From: Eledone cirrhosa
Lineage: Eukaryota
DNA: 64,000 bases
Direction of reading: 5' to 3'
Assembly (NCBI GenBank): GCA_964016885.1
Contig: OZ024740.1
Span: 149,854,001 to 149,918,000, forward strand
Made by a program: the position numbers and the translations under genes. Under the pieces are notes generated by a model. It did no database searches. It was not told the DNA's origin and was given only the letters and a program-made list of their open reading frames with translations. Of the stretch, positions 24,497 through 38,596 are shown one piece after another (the stretch's first letter is position 1; the number at the start of each line of letters is the position of its first letter).

Positions 24497-25535
24497 AATT
24501 TGTTATTTGTTTTCTGTTTTCTTCACTTTATCACCTTAATATTTAAGTTGAGATTGGTTATAACACAAACACATTTTATTTGATTATCCTATTTCGTTTT
24601 ATTCTTTTACCATCTTGTTCCTCATACCAATCTATCCAACATATTTCTGACCTTGAGATTGGTTATAGCACACACACTATCTTATTTTATTTGAATCTTC
24701 ATTTTATTTTCACTTTTCATTCCCATTTTCAGTACTTTTTCATTAATTTTTCATTTATTCTTTATTCTCTATATATTATTTATTTTCTGTTTTCTTCATT
24801 TTATTGCCTTCTATTTCTTCATATACATGGCAGACCCCACCCCACCCCCACCCCCATCACCACCACCACCAAAACGGGAGATGGTGGCAGGAGGGATGAA
24901 GAAACACACACACAGATACTTCTAAATTGTCAGCAGCAGCAAGATATAAGCTGACCACAACACCAGAAACACTACCAAAATAAGGGTAGAGGTCAGATGT
25001 ACTTAACAATAGCAAACACTACAGGGAGCCCCACCCAGAAAGAATTTCTATAGACTTTGGACTGAGGAATGCTCTCAAAACTGACCAATGGGAAGTTTGA
25101 CCTTACAAATTTTTATAACATCGAGATGGGTATAACACACACACAGATTTTATTCGATTATTTTATTTTATTTTGTTCCTTTACCATCTTATTCCTTCTC
25201 CCACTTTGTCACTTTTTTTTTTTAGCTAACTCCAACAATAACAACACTACCAACACAAGAATAGAGGTCAGATGTACCTCACAATAACAAGAACAACAAG
25301 TACAGATTGGCTTGCCTCAGAACGAATTTCTATAGACTTTTGACTGAGGAATGTTCTAACAACTGACCAATGAGAGGAGAAGAGGCCCTTTGACGCTGAA
25401 ATTCGTTTGTTTGAATTCATATGGTTCCAGTTCCTCAGTGAAATAACAATCCAACCAGGAACTGGGCATATCAGAATATTGAGAAAGTTATACACCTCAA
25501 CAACCTGTGCACTTGTCTATACCACACTAATTCGG

Positions 25536-25590
25536 ACTGTCTGAAGAGGTCACAGCCAAAGATGGCTGTCACCGAAATATATATAGCAGT
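25536..25590 (+). ncRNA. Intact minimal type I hammerhead ribozyme in the PLE family 3 pLTR
   Basis: ACTGT-CTGAAGA-GGTCACAGCCA(AAGA)TGGCTGTCACC-GAAA-TATATA-TA-GCAGT, immediately followed by AATAAA. Confidence 0.87.
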
Positions 25591-25631
25591 AATAAACGAA
25601 GCCAAATTCTAAACATTTGACTTATTTATTT

Positions 25632-25885
<254 letters not shown>

Positions 25886-25911
25886 GAATGTGTCTGTTGA
25901 CACCTGGAATA

Positions 25912-26285
25912 TAGCTTAAGAGAAACATGACAATAATGATATGTCAGGCACCCAATATAGATTTATAGAATTCTCTTGACCTTTGTCACTCTAAGTAGAG
26001 CATTAAAGAATTAGCTTTTAAAGAATTTCCCTTTTCTTTAAATCCATCAACCATGACCGACCCCCAACCATCTTATAGACACCTGAAATATAGGCATTGT
26101 TAGCTTAAGAGAAACTTAAAAATAAGGCGTGCCACCCCAATTTGAACTTGTTTATAGAATTCTTTCTGCCTTTGTCACTCTAAATATAAATTATAGCCTT
26201 AAACAATTAGCTTTTAATGAATTCCATTTTCTTTCAACCAATGACCTCCACCCATCCCACTCCCCATCCTCTCCTACCACCTGAA
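25912..26285. repeat. Diverged ~185-bp tandem duplication upstream of an HHR
   Basis: TAGCTTAAGAGAAAC...TTTATAGAATTCT...CCTTTGTCACTCTAA...AATTAGCTTTTAA...CACCTGAAA occurs twice. Confidence 0.72.
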
Positions 26286-26321
26286 AAGATATAAATAACA
26301 CAACATTTATTTTGGAAAGCC

Positions 26322-26372
26322 AGATTCCTGATGAATTCTAAAGTATGAAACAGTTCTAGTCCTGTAGAATCT
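26322..26372 (+). ncRNA. Type I hammerhead ribozyme (no adjacent ORF)
   Basis: AGATTC-CTGATGA-ATTCTAAAGTAT-GAAA-CAG(TTCTAGTC)CTG-TA-GAATCT; perfect 6-bp stem I, 3-bp stem III, weak stem II. Confidence 0.8.
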
Positions 26373-26926
26373 CATCTATATTAAAACTATATATATATAT
26401 ATATACATCTCTGTCGTTCCCCACCCCCACCGATACTCCCCCACTCTCCATATTCGTGTCCGCATGCGCGCATGCACATACATGTGTGTACATATACATA
26501 TGGCTGTGTATGAGCGTGTGTCGATATGTGTGGGCAAGGATGTGCGTATGTGTTTTGTGTTGTGTGTGTTTATACAACAATATATGTGCACATATATACA
26601 TATATGTGTGTGCGTATACGTATATACAAAGTATCTGTCAGACGAAGAGCGTCTAGCTATGTATCTTTGTAAGGACCTTGACGCCACCAATACAACCACC
26701 ACACCACCACAAACGCCGCTACCATAGACAACGGCACCAATACCACACCTCCACACACACGCCAACCCGTCTACTGACAATCCACTAACCTCATACCACA
26801 GCCCATCCCACCAATCAAAACAACTCATTTTGTCAAACTCTTGAATCTCTGACTTTACCACATAGCATGTATTTCATTTTCTTATAGCATTTTAAGAGGG
26901 TCCGTCGAGCTGCCGATTATTGAGTC

Positions 26927-26993
26927 GGGTAGGATCGATATAGATCGAACCTTGAGCTGATCAGTGGCGAAACGCGCGTCACCTATCAATAAA
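26927..26993 (+). ncRNA. Degenerate hammerhead-like motif
   Basis: CTGATCA-GTGGC-GAAA-CGCGCG-TC-ACCTATC-AATAAA; palindromic stem III, but G8 is mutated and stem I is unclear. Confidence 0.4.
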
Positions 26994-27619
26994 TGTAATG
27001 AAGGAATAATCAATCGTCCTTTTTATCCTTTCTCTCTCTCTATATATATATAAAGAAAAAAAGATGAAATCGAAAATGCAACTGGAGTCTTATTTAAAAT
27101 AATATATATATATTTATTTGGTTCCTTTACCGGTTTCGCAGTTCTTCTGCTTTTCAAAAGTAGAGTTGAGATGGAGGGTCTGTGGTTTTTCTCACATCTG
27201 GTTGGTCTCTGAATGTTACTTGTTTTATATGGAAAAAAGTGGCTCGAAATGCCAGGTTTTTCGAGAAGTAATTTGATTTGAGAAGCAATGATTATAATAA
27301 ATTGCGAGCCAGTTCGCGTTACAAAGTTCTTCAAACAAGTCGGGGGGGGGGGGGGGGGTCACAGGTTGTTTTTTCATATATGAGTGTTTGAATTTCTTTT
27401 TACTTAAAAAAAGGGGGGCTCACGAAGGCTTTTTTTAAATAAACGTAATTTGATTGGTTATAAATGAAGTTATGGCTGTCACGTGAACAAGTTTTCATAT
27501 AATTTTCGCGCCCTTATTTGGAAATCTATTCTGTAGCCTTTTTAGAGAATTTTATGACAAGCAAAAGATAATGGTCAAGAGAAATTGGATGGGAGAATTG
27601 TTCTGGTTCAGTGAATATG

Positions 27620-29075
27620 GTTAGTTCGCTGGGGTGTCAGAATTCAGATTTTCTATTGAAGTAAAGAAAGTAAAGATATGTATGTTTATTTTTGGGCTTG
27701 TGTGTGTGTGTATGTGTATTGGAAGCTGTGTGTGTGCGTGTATACATATAATTAAATAAACGTATATAAATAAATACGTATATAACAAGCGCAAACACAT
27801 ACCTACATGTAAATACACATATGTTCGGATACGTACGTCAACCAAAACACAAAATACGCATATACCCACACCCTACATACGTACGAACCCGCATACTCAC
27901 ACAGATGCAAAACTCACGTATACACAACCAAAAGCATATGTACAAGAATATATAATATATACGCTAAAACATATACAATCAAATATACATACGAGAAAGT
28001 ATACGTACCTTTACAAAACATACAGGTAATATATACTTACCTATACAAATAAGTAATGGTATAAACATAACATATACTTAGCTACCACATCAAGACGTGA
28101 AAAATCCGCGTTTGGTTCGTACTATCCGTTAGGGTATAATTTGGGGCTGTAATACAGGAAAGTTTTGTGCAATTTATGTTTACAAGCCGAAATTGCCTCA
28201 GATTTTTTGTTTAAGATGTGGTCTTTGGCGTAGAGTATTTCCAGGGCCTCAGCGGCGCAGAGGTCACATGGTCTTTTATTTCCGTTATACGATCTAGCCT
28301 TAACTAGGATCTCCCAGTGTAACTTATATTGGGTGTGGTTGTGTTGTAGACTCCAGATATAAGCTGAAAGTGACATCATATTCCTTCTTGAAGCATTACG
28401 AAAAGAATGGGTAAGCATGAAAAGACGCTGCTTGAATCTATTGGCGGTTAACCCTATGTAGGCCCTATGGGACGTGGTTGTTTCAACCTTACATTTGTAG
28501 ACAATGTTACTAGAGAGGCATTTCCCGGATAGGGGGCAGTCAACCCGATTCCTACAATTACAGTTAGTACTAACTACAGGGTTGCACGTGTTCCTACGGC
28601 TAGGTAGTTTAGCTAAATTTGAAGCTGTGATGTTATGTGCAAGGTTAGGAGTCGTAGAGTAAGACATTTTAATAGTATTTCTATTAAATATTTTACTATA
28701 TTTATGTGTAGGGGGGAAATGCTTCCTAATAAGGGAGAGAAAGATCATAGCTAATGGTGTGGCCACCTCCATATTATATGGTGGGCTATACCATATAATA
28801 CGTCGGGATCTATTTCTTCTAGGTCTATTCTCGTACTCTGTATATGCTACCTTATCGTCAAATCCGCTCCGAGCAAGAGCTTCATTGTAATAAGTGGAAT
28901 GGTCGTTGAAAATATGCTCGTTAGTAGATAGACGAGAAAGCCTCAAAGAATCGTTTCTTACCAGGTTCTTGGTTAAGCTGGCAGGATGGTTATAATGCTT
29001 ACTTATGTAATTAAGCGTATCATTCGGCTTTCTATACGGGTAGTGAAAGCCATTCGCTGGCGCCCATACTCATGT
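27620..29075 (-). mobile_element. Naiad-type PLE family 4, 5'-truncated (RT C-terminus, zinc finger, GIY-YIG; open frame 28946-28122)
   Basis: PYRKPNDTLNYI, IIWYSPPY, CNCRNRVDCPLSGKC, IVYKC..YIGLT..FKQR, CDLCAAE, LNKKSE..CKH; TG-rich 3' region. Confidence 0.92.
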
Positions 29076-30249
29076 CGAATGGGGTACTATTAGATTTTTT
29101 AATCCAAATAGATTCGTCGAAATTAATCACCGACTTACGGGCATTGAGGATGACATCAACTTTGAAATCCTGCGTGCGTGTGAATATCTGGATGTGTTAG
29201 TAAAATTTATGTCTGTATAGAGGTGCGGGCACACACGAATCAAGAGTATAATCAATACAATGTGAAAGTTGATATTTGTATTCACAGCTGAATCATTCAT
29301 ACCTTAATAGACGTTTCATAGGTCGATACGTCTTACTCCTTCAGATGATTTTGAATAAGAACTGATTAGCGTAAGTGTTTAGGTATCGTTTGTTTATAGA
29401 GATATGAAGCGCTTCTAATTTCAGAAAGGATAGCAAATCTAACACCAGCTTCCTTGCGATTTAAAAAAAAAATATAATCTGCATTCGGAAAGAATATTGC
29501 AACTGTGCTTACACTACCTTCTTTTGTCAGCGAAGCTTTTAATTCAAAAACTTTAGATATATTTTCCTTAAAACAACCGTAGTTATACATCACCTGCCAG
29601 AAAAGGTAACTATTTCAAACTTAATCAAGGTGGCCATCATCTAACAGTGAAGTCTCTGAGAAAGCAGCTAGATCTACGTTCCATTAACTCCGTTATTGTG
29701 CAACTAGTGCATATGTCTTTCACACATACATTCACTCTTGATACGCAGCATTGTACGCTGATTCTAACACTCAATATTTATGTTCCAATCAGACATTGTG
29801 TACTTTGTCGATGTTTTGAAAGTGTAAATGAATAGCCATCACTTGCACCAAACTTACCAGACAGAAAAGGTTGTAATTTTGGATTCACTTTTTCCAGAAC
29901 CTGCCTGGCATTGAGTTTGTAGTGTTCTTTAAACACCTACGCAGCAACCGAATCCTCTCGCTCGGAAACCGTTTTGTGTCTAACATAAGTTGATTGCATG
30001 TATGTTGATGATTACATGTTTCTAATTCGCATGATTTATGAAAAAGGTGGTGGAGTAGCAACGAGCATAAGAGTTGTGAATTTTTTGTTTGTTTGCACGA
30101 TTAAGTGTGTGTGCGCGCGCGTGTGTGTTATTGTATATATGCATGTATTACATGTGTATATGCAGCATATAGGAATATCAGTCAGAGATAACAACTCTAT
30201 CAAATAGCCGTCATGCTCTTGCCCTGCAAGTTTAGCTAGAAAACTTTGG

Positions 30250-31090
30250 TTTCTGATCGTCTCTCAATTCTCACATATCACGCCTAATAGCTCTCTGTGC
30301 CTACCGATGATCATACACCAGGTAACTGCCTCGACTGACAGACTATGTGTCAAGAGTGGAGCTTCTCACTCCTCAGAGACTCTTCCGACTTTGTGGATGG
30401 AATATCATTGCTAAGTAGGCATCGGCCAGTCATTGTGATCATCAGTGAAGCACTCTGTCCTGTCACCGGGAGGTCATGTGTCTCACCGTTTGTGGCTAAG
30501 TACATGCGTTTGGTGCCGTGCAGTGACAGAAGCACCTCAGTCAAAGCAAGCGCAAGTTTTTCTTCTCATGGTGATTGATTGAGGGGTAACATCGATGGAT
30601 ATAGTTCAACAGACAGTCGTTCGTCTCAATCCGGCATAAGGAGGCCATGGTGTTACGTTCGTTGCCTTACTGAACTGGAGCCATAATGGAACTCGGCAGC
30701 TTACACGGTGATCAACCAGCCAATAGTAGGAGTAGCACTGGTTACACCCACAGGACACGGACCTAAAAAATGTAGAATAAAATATACTCGTTCCAAACTT
30801 CTACTGACGATTGGCTGCAGTTGGTGGCTAGTCCAAGTTTTGCAGTCGAAACAACAGATACTCTTCTGCTGTTTTCACGAGTACAAGGAATATTCACATA
30901 TTGCTGGACCAAAAGAGAGCTAACAGGCCTGAGAGTTGTTCTGCCATGCTTGGCCTCAAACAATGCAATATTGACATTGATGGCTTAGAAGAAACTCGTA
31001 TATCCGGTGAAGAACAACTCACAGAAGTTTTAGCTGGCTACACTTTTGGCTGGAAAGGCTATCTGGAAGACCGACTCTGCATCATGGTGT
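30250..31090 (+). mobile_element. RTE/BovB-type LINE 5' region (5' UTR and start of the APE domain), degenerate
   Basis: NRPESCSAML..CNIDIDGLEETRISGEEQLTEVLAGYTFGWKG resembles the RTE-BovB endonuclease N-terminus; 5' boundary approximate. Confidence 0.75.
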
Positions 31091-31303
31091 GTATATGAAG
31101 GGTTTGTGTTTCTGTTGTGGATTGTCTTGCGAGACAAACCACAACAGAAACAGAAACCGACCATCTCAATCTTACTTTTGAAAATCATAAGAACTGTGAA
31201 ACCGATAAAATAAATAAATATTCTTAAAAGACTCCAGCTGCATTTTCAATTTCTTTTCCTTACAATTTTACTTGTGTGGGACATCTTTTAAAAAACCTCA
31301 TTT

Positions 31304-31353
<50 letters not shown>

Positions 31354-31444
31354 CGAAGGAAATGTGGTAAGGAACCAAGTGGACCATAACGCACCAAAGT
31401 ACTCAATACTTAGGGTAGTAGAGTGGATAATAGGAACGAGTAGG

Positions 31445-31541
31445 ACACCGACGGCTGAGCTCAAGCCGTTTCGACGGCTAATTCTGGACTAAATGAAAAT
31501 TTTTATCCTGGTATATGAATAGCCGAGCTTCTCAGGGGGTA
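31445..31541 (-). ncRNA. Type I hammerhead-like ribozyme with extended stems II and III, variant core
   Basis: Minus strand: ACCCC-CTGAGAA-GCTCGGCTATT..AATTAGCCGTC-GAAA-CGGCT(TGAGCTC)AGCCG-TC-GGTGT. Confidence 0.72.
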
Positions 31542-32447
31542 ATTCCATATATGGTAAAAGTGATTGTCACAAGGATTGGTCAAAAGTTTGTTGTTGAGAC
31601 ACATAATTATATCATGGCAATTTGTGGAAGGAAGGGGTAGCTGAACCTGCCAGTAGAAGATAGAGGGAGAGGGGGTGGAAGAAACCCAGTCGTGCGTTGA
31701 TAGTGCCAACTACAGTAGGGCAGGAGGTCAAGCAAGTATACTAGGGAGGGGGAGGGGAGGAAGTCGAAACAATAAGTAAAACAATATGGGGTAAATATAT
31801 AGAAGAATACCAAGAATGTTAAAAGTATAAAAAAAAAACAATTTCTGGTTACTATTCCCTAACGACAGTCATCAAGTCTCTCACTGGTACTGCTAAACTA
31901 TAGAAAAGTTTACTAGGTGGGACGGAATTATAATGAGACCATTTTAAGAGTTAGTAGTAATCAACCGAGTATATCTTACGGTGACAGATCAACAAGTGGG
32001 GGTGCCAAAATGCTAAAGAAACTACCACGAAATAATAATTCCGAGTCCCGAGACTAATACGAAATAATTGTTTCTACCCTAGGCACAAGGCCAGCAACCA
32101 CCCAGTGCAAAAAATAAACTAATACGAAATAATAATTCAGAATCCCGAAAATGAATACTAATACTATCTCTAAGGGTGCCGCTACAATACAAACATTCTA
32201 GTGCAAACTACATAAATGCTCGTACGAAGTATATGAAAAATTTGATACGGAAAATTAATTCAGAATCCCCCACCCCCCACCCACACAAAAAATACTGATA
32301 TACGAGAAATTAAAGCAAAGATACCACTAAGAAATGTAGAAAGCACGGAAATGGGGCAGCCATCGGATAAGAAAGCAAGTATCCGGGGTCTATCATATCT
32401 GCTATAAAAAGCGGAGTCGGCCAATTCTATCATAGAATAGGGGATGA

Positions 32448-35400
32448 AAAACCTACCTTAAACTGCTTATAGACGCTACTAATTCGTTTATACGGAGAGT
32501 CAGATGGAAGGCCTACCACCTGGATAAGAACACCCGTAACCTTCCTGAACCCAAAGAGAGGTATGGCTTCAAAACATACCGAAACCCACCGCACAACACC
32601 TTACTGGACACCTTTGAAGAGGACCTGCTGAAAATGATCAAAAACGTTAAGTTCAGAAAGAAACACCAATGCAGCAATCCATTCTTAACGTCCCTTGATA
32701 CACTAATAACTAAGATCAAGAATGACCCGCACCTCTTCGTCACCTCCGATAAAACCAAAAAGCTGTACAAGATGGACGCGAGTAAGTATAAAAAATTAAT
32801 CTATAAGGAACTACACAAAGACTACAAAAAGACACCCTCTAGTACCCTAAATGACATAAATAGAGTAGGGAAGGATATAGTCACCAGCTTAGAAATAGAA
32901 AAGTACACTAACCCGTACGTCCCTCTGACGCCTAAATTCTCTCTTAAGGATCACAAATATGACTTTAATGAAAGCCCCTCTATTAGACTAATATGCCCCT
33001 CTACATCAGATATAGGTAAGATTAGTAAAGTGATCCTCGACAGAGTACTACTGGAGCTTAATAGAAAGGCTAAGGTCTGCCTCTGGGGCAACACCGACCA
33101 TGTCATAAATTGGTTCACCGAGTTGCCGGATAAAGCCACCCTGAAATTCATCCAGTTTGATATAGATAGTTACTATGCCTCTATCTCCCCCATACTCTTA
33201 AATAAGGCACTTATCTTAGCTAGATCTAAAACTAGCCTCACTAAAAAAGAAATAGACATAATTCTAGCGGCGCGTAGAACCATTATCCAGTTCGAAGGCT
33301 CCCACTGGACCAGAACCAACCGTCCTGATAACTTCGATGTCACGATGGGGTCCAGTGACTCAGCGCAAGCAACTGACCTGGTCAGGATATACCTCCTACA
33401 TAAGCTTAGGGAAGAGATACCGGCCTTACAAGGAGGTGTATATAGGGACGACGCCCTGTTTACCGCCAGGAACCATAGCCCCCGTAGGATAGAGAACCTT
33501 AACAAACATATACACAGGTTCTTCAAGCCATACGGCCTATCCGTAACTATGGACCTTAACCACAGGGTTGTCAACTTCCTGGACGTGACCCTGGAGTTGA
33601 GTACGGGCTTATACAAGCCATACCATAAGCCAGGAGAGTGCCTCTCTTATATTAATTATGCCTCCAACTACCCTAAGCAGACTCTCAACTCCATAGTCTA
33701 TAGTATCTCACATAGAATCTCGAGGCTATCCGCCAATGAGGATATCTTCAACCAAGCGGCAGATTACTAAAATAGGGCCTTGATAAGCGCCGGCTTTAAC
33801 CGAGGAATTTCCTACATCCCTATCGCTAGCTCTAGAAACCACCCCCCCCTCATAAAACGAACGTTATAGTAAGCCATACCTATAACCGATCACGCGGCGA
33901 CCTCGTTCAAGTCGGATATAATAGAATAGATAACCGCCTAAAGATCACGACCCGGCGACGGTGAACACTGTAGACTACTCGAACTATTCCCCTATTATAA
34001 AACCAACAAAGGCGGCGGCCTACTACCAACGCCTTCCAACCAACATCTTCGTGTACATAAACATGGAAGAGGTAGGAAGAGTACACCCGAGCATAAAGTG
34101 AAAGAGGCACCGAACGGGCGACTGCGCATTAACACACATAAGAGCGGTCACCTAGATGGAACCACCCGTAACAAAAGTACAAAGACACGTAATCGCCACC
34201 GTAACGTCCTATGGTTCCGCCCCCTACTCTCGGAGTGTGGCCTCCAACATACCCCGGATGTTCTTCGAAGCCTTAGAGAAGAACTTCCCGCCCAACTATA
34301 GGTATAGAAAAATTCTTAATAGGAACAATATAAAAATATCCTTCTCTACTACTCCTAACCTAGCAGACATCATAGGAACAACGAACCACAGTAAGATCAC
34401 CAAGACACAACATCTCAACACAGACGCACCTACACCTGACAATAACTATATCGGCCTTAAAACTCCCTGGCAGCATCCAATAGTGTTGGCAACGGCATCC
34501 GCAGACGCAACCAGCATAACCGCGAAATGACTGGGGAACATGCAAGACATGACATGCGGAATAACAATCGCACCACCCCGCGTGCTGTGGGTTGTAATGG
34601 TGCTAACGACAGCTGCGGTAGCGTAGGTAACAACGTAGGCAGCAACAATGATAGCCTTACCGTGGGAAATAGACGGAACCGCGACAGAAATTGCAACTGC
34701 CGCGACAGAGGACGCTGCCCCCTTAGAGGATACTGCTTGACTGATAGGGTTATATATAGATGCACTATTACTAGCCACAATAGCGTTAAACATTATATAG
34801 GGGCTACCTCCGGCCCGTTCAAAATTAGGTGTCGAACACATCTCCACTTTTTCACAAATAGAAAACTAAGGCACTCCACTTCGCTCGCAGACTACATCAC
34901 ATCACTAAAGGACTTAAACATCAGCTTCTCCACGCACTGGGAGATTGTCGGCAGGGCTGCACCGTACAACTTCAAGAGGAAATGCGATCTTTGCCTCATA
35001 GAGCTCTACCACATCATAACTGCACCCCACGAGCTCATCAACAGCAGATTAAAAATATCCTTCTTCAGATGGGTTAAGGATGAGGAGTGAAACCGTACAC
35101 CGGATCTCCCTGCAACAAGTCTTAACACCCCGGCGGGCAGGCGCTGCAAAATAACACCCAGGAAACAATCCTTGCATACCAGACCCAGCTTCAGGCAAAC
35201 AGATGCGGCAAAAAAAAAAAAAAAAAAAACTCTCAAAATAAGCGTTGATTACATGCGTATCGACAATGGTAAGGTTGTAACCTCATTTCGTAGCAGATAA
35301 AAATAAAATTTGTCCGGGAAAAACTGCCCTAACACCGGCCAGAGTTACCTCCCTTGACCTGCTGCAAAATCAAAACAAGCTATTTTTGCGAGCAATGAAC

Positions 35401-35580
35401 CTTGATGTGGATTTAACCCAAAAAACTCTTTCCGAGCAATATAAGGAACACTTTTGATTATTTATGCCCTTGAGAAGCCCAACTGGGCGAAACGTACGTA
35501 GGTGTTGTTTTAAATAAACATGTTTTAACGGTCTATTCTCCGATTTTTTACTTTCCCACGTACATATATATGTCTATATG
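32448..35580 (+). mobile_element. Naiad-type PLE family 1, longer copy (RT frame open 32448-33770), pseudogenised
   Basis: TYLKLLIDATNSFIRRVRWKA, SDKT, LKDHK, RLICP, FDIDSYY, YRDD, FLDVTL; stop at 33768; frameshifted zinc-finger/GIY-YIG region. Confidence 0.93.
35464..35505 (+). ncRNA. Minimal HHR, U3/A8 variant (copy of 3365-3406)
   Basis: Same motif as unit A. Confidence 0.7.
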
Positions 35581-36027
35581 TGTATGAGTAAGTACGTATA
35601 GCCACATATGAGTAGGTGTGTGTGTGTGTGTGTGTGTGTGCGGGCGGGTAAGTGTGCGCATATATATGTGGATGTGTATGGGTGTATATATGTGGATGTG
35701 TGTGTGGGTGCAGGTGCATGCATTTGCGGGCCTCTATATGTGTGTATATATATTTGTGCATACATGTATGCGTTTATGTGCATCTCTTGGGAATGTGTGC
35801 GGATGTTTATATATGGACTATATATGTTTTTTTTTCATTATTATTATTATTATTATTGTTGTATTATTTTATCACATATCCTCTATACATACCCGCATAT
35901 ATGCGTATATGTACGTATGAGTCTTGTACGTGTGCGTCTGTGTATGTGTGTGTGTATATATATATATATATACGTAGGTGCGTATGTATATATATATGTG
36001 TGTGTGTGTATATATGTATAATAGGGG

Positions 36028-36098
<71 letters not shown>

Positions 36099-36631
36099 TG
36101 TGTATATGTATACCACATTGTATATTACATTTCATTGTATCTTTTTCTTATGTTATACTGTTTTATGTTATTATACTGTTTTTTATTGCATAATGTATTT
36201 TCAACTGTTCACTTACAGGTGTCTTTATACATGTACATGTATATGTGGTGGAACTTCCGTGTGTAGGCGGATGTGCATGCGTGCAGGTGTATCCATGCGG
36301 CAACATGTATGCGTACGCATGTGTAGATGTATGCAGTTCGGCCTATGCGTGAGTATTTGTATGTATATGTGTGGATGTGCGTATGCATGTTAAGTTGTCC
36401 CTTTTTCTTTTGTGTGTATATATGTATATATATACATATATAAAATATATATATATATATATGTGTGTGTGTGTATGTACGTGTGTAGGCAATTTTTATG
36501 TACGTATGTGTTCGTGTTTGGACATGTAATAGTTTACGTTTGTGTATATATGTGTGTGTATGCATGTGTGTATATATATATATATGTATATGTATACATA
36601 TACTTATGTAATGAACAACATAAGATAATTA

Positions 36632-36692
36632 TTTAATTTACCAGTGGTTTCTTGAAAGCAAACGATATTTGCTTTCATTCATCAGAATGAAA
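36632..36692 (-). ncRNA. Minimal HHR (copy of 4540-4600)
   Basis: Same motif as unit A. Confidence 0.82.
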
Positions 36693-36886
36693 AAATCCTA
36701 AGTGTGTATATATATATGTGTATACACATGTGCGTATATATGTATGTATGTGAATGTATGTGTGTATGTATATATGCGTGTGTATGAGCGTGTGAATATA
36801 TATATATAGATAGATATTGAAGACCAGAGTGTACCATCTCCACCACCTATGACACCGGACTCTATTACAAACAGGGAATTTACACC

Positions 36887-38540
36887 TGCAATGCTGCGAC
36901 GTCACCTAAAAAATAAACGCAACCATGCCTCTCCTGGTCTTGATGGTGTTACGTAGCCGCTTCTTAAACGTGGTGGGTACTTCCTTCTGCACCAGTTATC
37001 ACGCTTCTTCCAATTCTGTCTGAACAACAGTGCTACTCCAGAACAGTGGAAAACTGCCAGTATCATTCCTCTGTTCAAAAAGGGTCACCGCACATCACCT
37101 GTGAACTATCGTCCAGTCAGTCTTACTAGTTACATCACCAAACTGATGGAATCCTGTGTCAGAGAAACACTTTGGAACTTCTAGAGCTCTCACAGTCTTA
37201 TCTGGCCCTCGCAATTTGGATTTATCCCCAACTCCAGCTGTTGTGATCAACTTATAGAGTTTCTTGAGGACATCACCCGGATCACTGATGGCGGCTCATG
37301 GGAGGATGTTGTTTACCTTGCTTTGCGAAAGCCTTCAATTCTGCTCCACACAAAAGGCTTATGGCAAAACTCTCTGCAATGGGTGTGAAGGATGATCTTT
37401 TTAACTGGTTGAAGTCCTTCATTCACAGTCGAAGAGAGGTAGTCACGGTTCTGGGACAGCATTCCTCACCATATGAGATGTCATCTGGTGTACCACAGGG
37501 ATCTGTTCTTGGCCCCCTTTTGTTTGTGGTATATATTAATGACATAGATGCCAACTTAAAGAATGCCACGGTACTAAAGTACGCAGATGACATCAAGCTG
37601 TACCTTGAGATAAAAAGGACAGATCCTGAACACTATAGATCTTGCTTGCAGTCTGCCCTGGACACAATGCAACAATGGATCTCAGACTGGCAACTCAAGC
37701 TAGCTGTGGACAAGTGCACCACCATGCATTTTGGGAGTAAAAAACCCAGCGTCCACATACTCCCTCCACAGCACTAATATCAAGAAGTCTTCTTGTGAAC
37801 GTGACCTGGGCATTACGGTCAGCAGCGATTTGCGTTGGACGAAGCACGTCTCTAAAATTGTCAAGAGGGCCGAGGGTGTCTTAGCATCACTCAGCAAGAC
37901 CTTTGTCAGCCGCTTTCCAGATATCTATTTAAGGCTGTACATGGCTATGGTGCGGCCACACTTAGAATTTGCATCACCAGTCTGGAACCCCTATCTTGCT
38001 CAGAACATTGACCGCCTGGAAACTGTTCAGAGACGTGCAACCAAGCGAATACCCTCCATCAGGCATCTACCATACTCTGAGCGCCTTGCTTCCCTGGGCA
38101 TGGATACATTGAAGCTCCGACGCCTGGCAACTGACTTGGTAAACACCCACAAAATTGTTAACCTTGTTGCCAACAACAACCCTGAGTACCTTTTTGATTT
38201 CCCTGTGTCTAACACACGTGGACATGCCCACAAAGTCAGAAAACAGAACAGTTTCCATGACTTTCGGAAACATTTTTTCACGCTCAGAGTTGCTGAAGCA
38301 TGGAACAAACTACCTGCATCAGTTGTTAACTGTTGAGACACTGCATCCTTTAAGACCTCCATGCTTCCCGAGATCCGCCAACAGCTAATGTTCCCCCCTC
38401 CATACACATACACACATGTATACCATGATTCATACACTATTCACTTCCCTGACATTTGTGTATTATTCTATGTACTATACATACACCTTTGATGAGTTGT
38501 AGTGCACCTGAGCACTTTACACAATAATTTCATTATTATT
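36887..38540 (+). mobile_element. CR1/L2-type LINE fragment (copy)
   Basis: ORFs identical to 5206-6244. Confidence 0.92.
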
Positions 38541-38596
38541 AAACGGAAAAAATGAAACGAAATTTCATTTCCCACTCTTAGTACGGCTGTTACGTA

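Larger units (their letters stand above)
22519..25630 (+). mobile_element. Naiad-type PLE family 3, 5'-truncated, with inverted 5' partial pLTR and long 3' UTR
   Basis: SNHPRSITK, TVKISYS, CNCRNPESCPLDNEC, IGATSTSFKDRW, CKLCLNE, CRH; 22519-22608 is an inverted copy of 25415-25504; terminal HHR, AATAAA and (TA)n. Confidence 0.9.
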
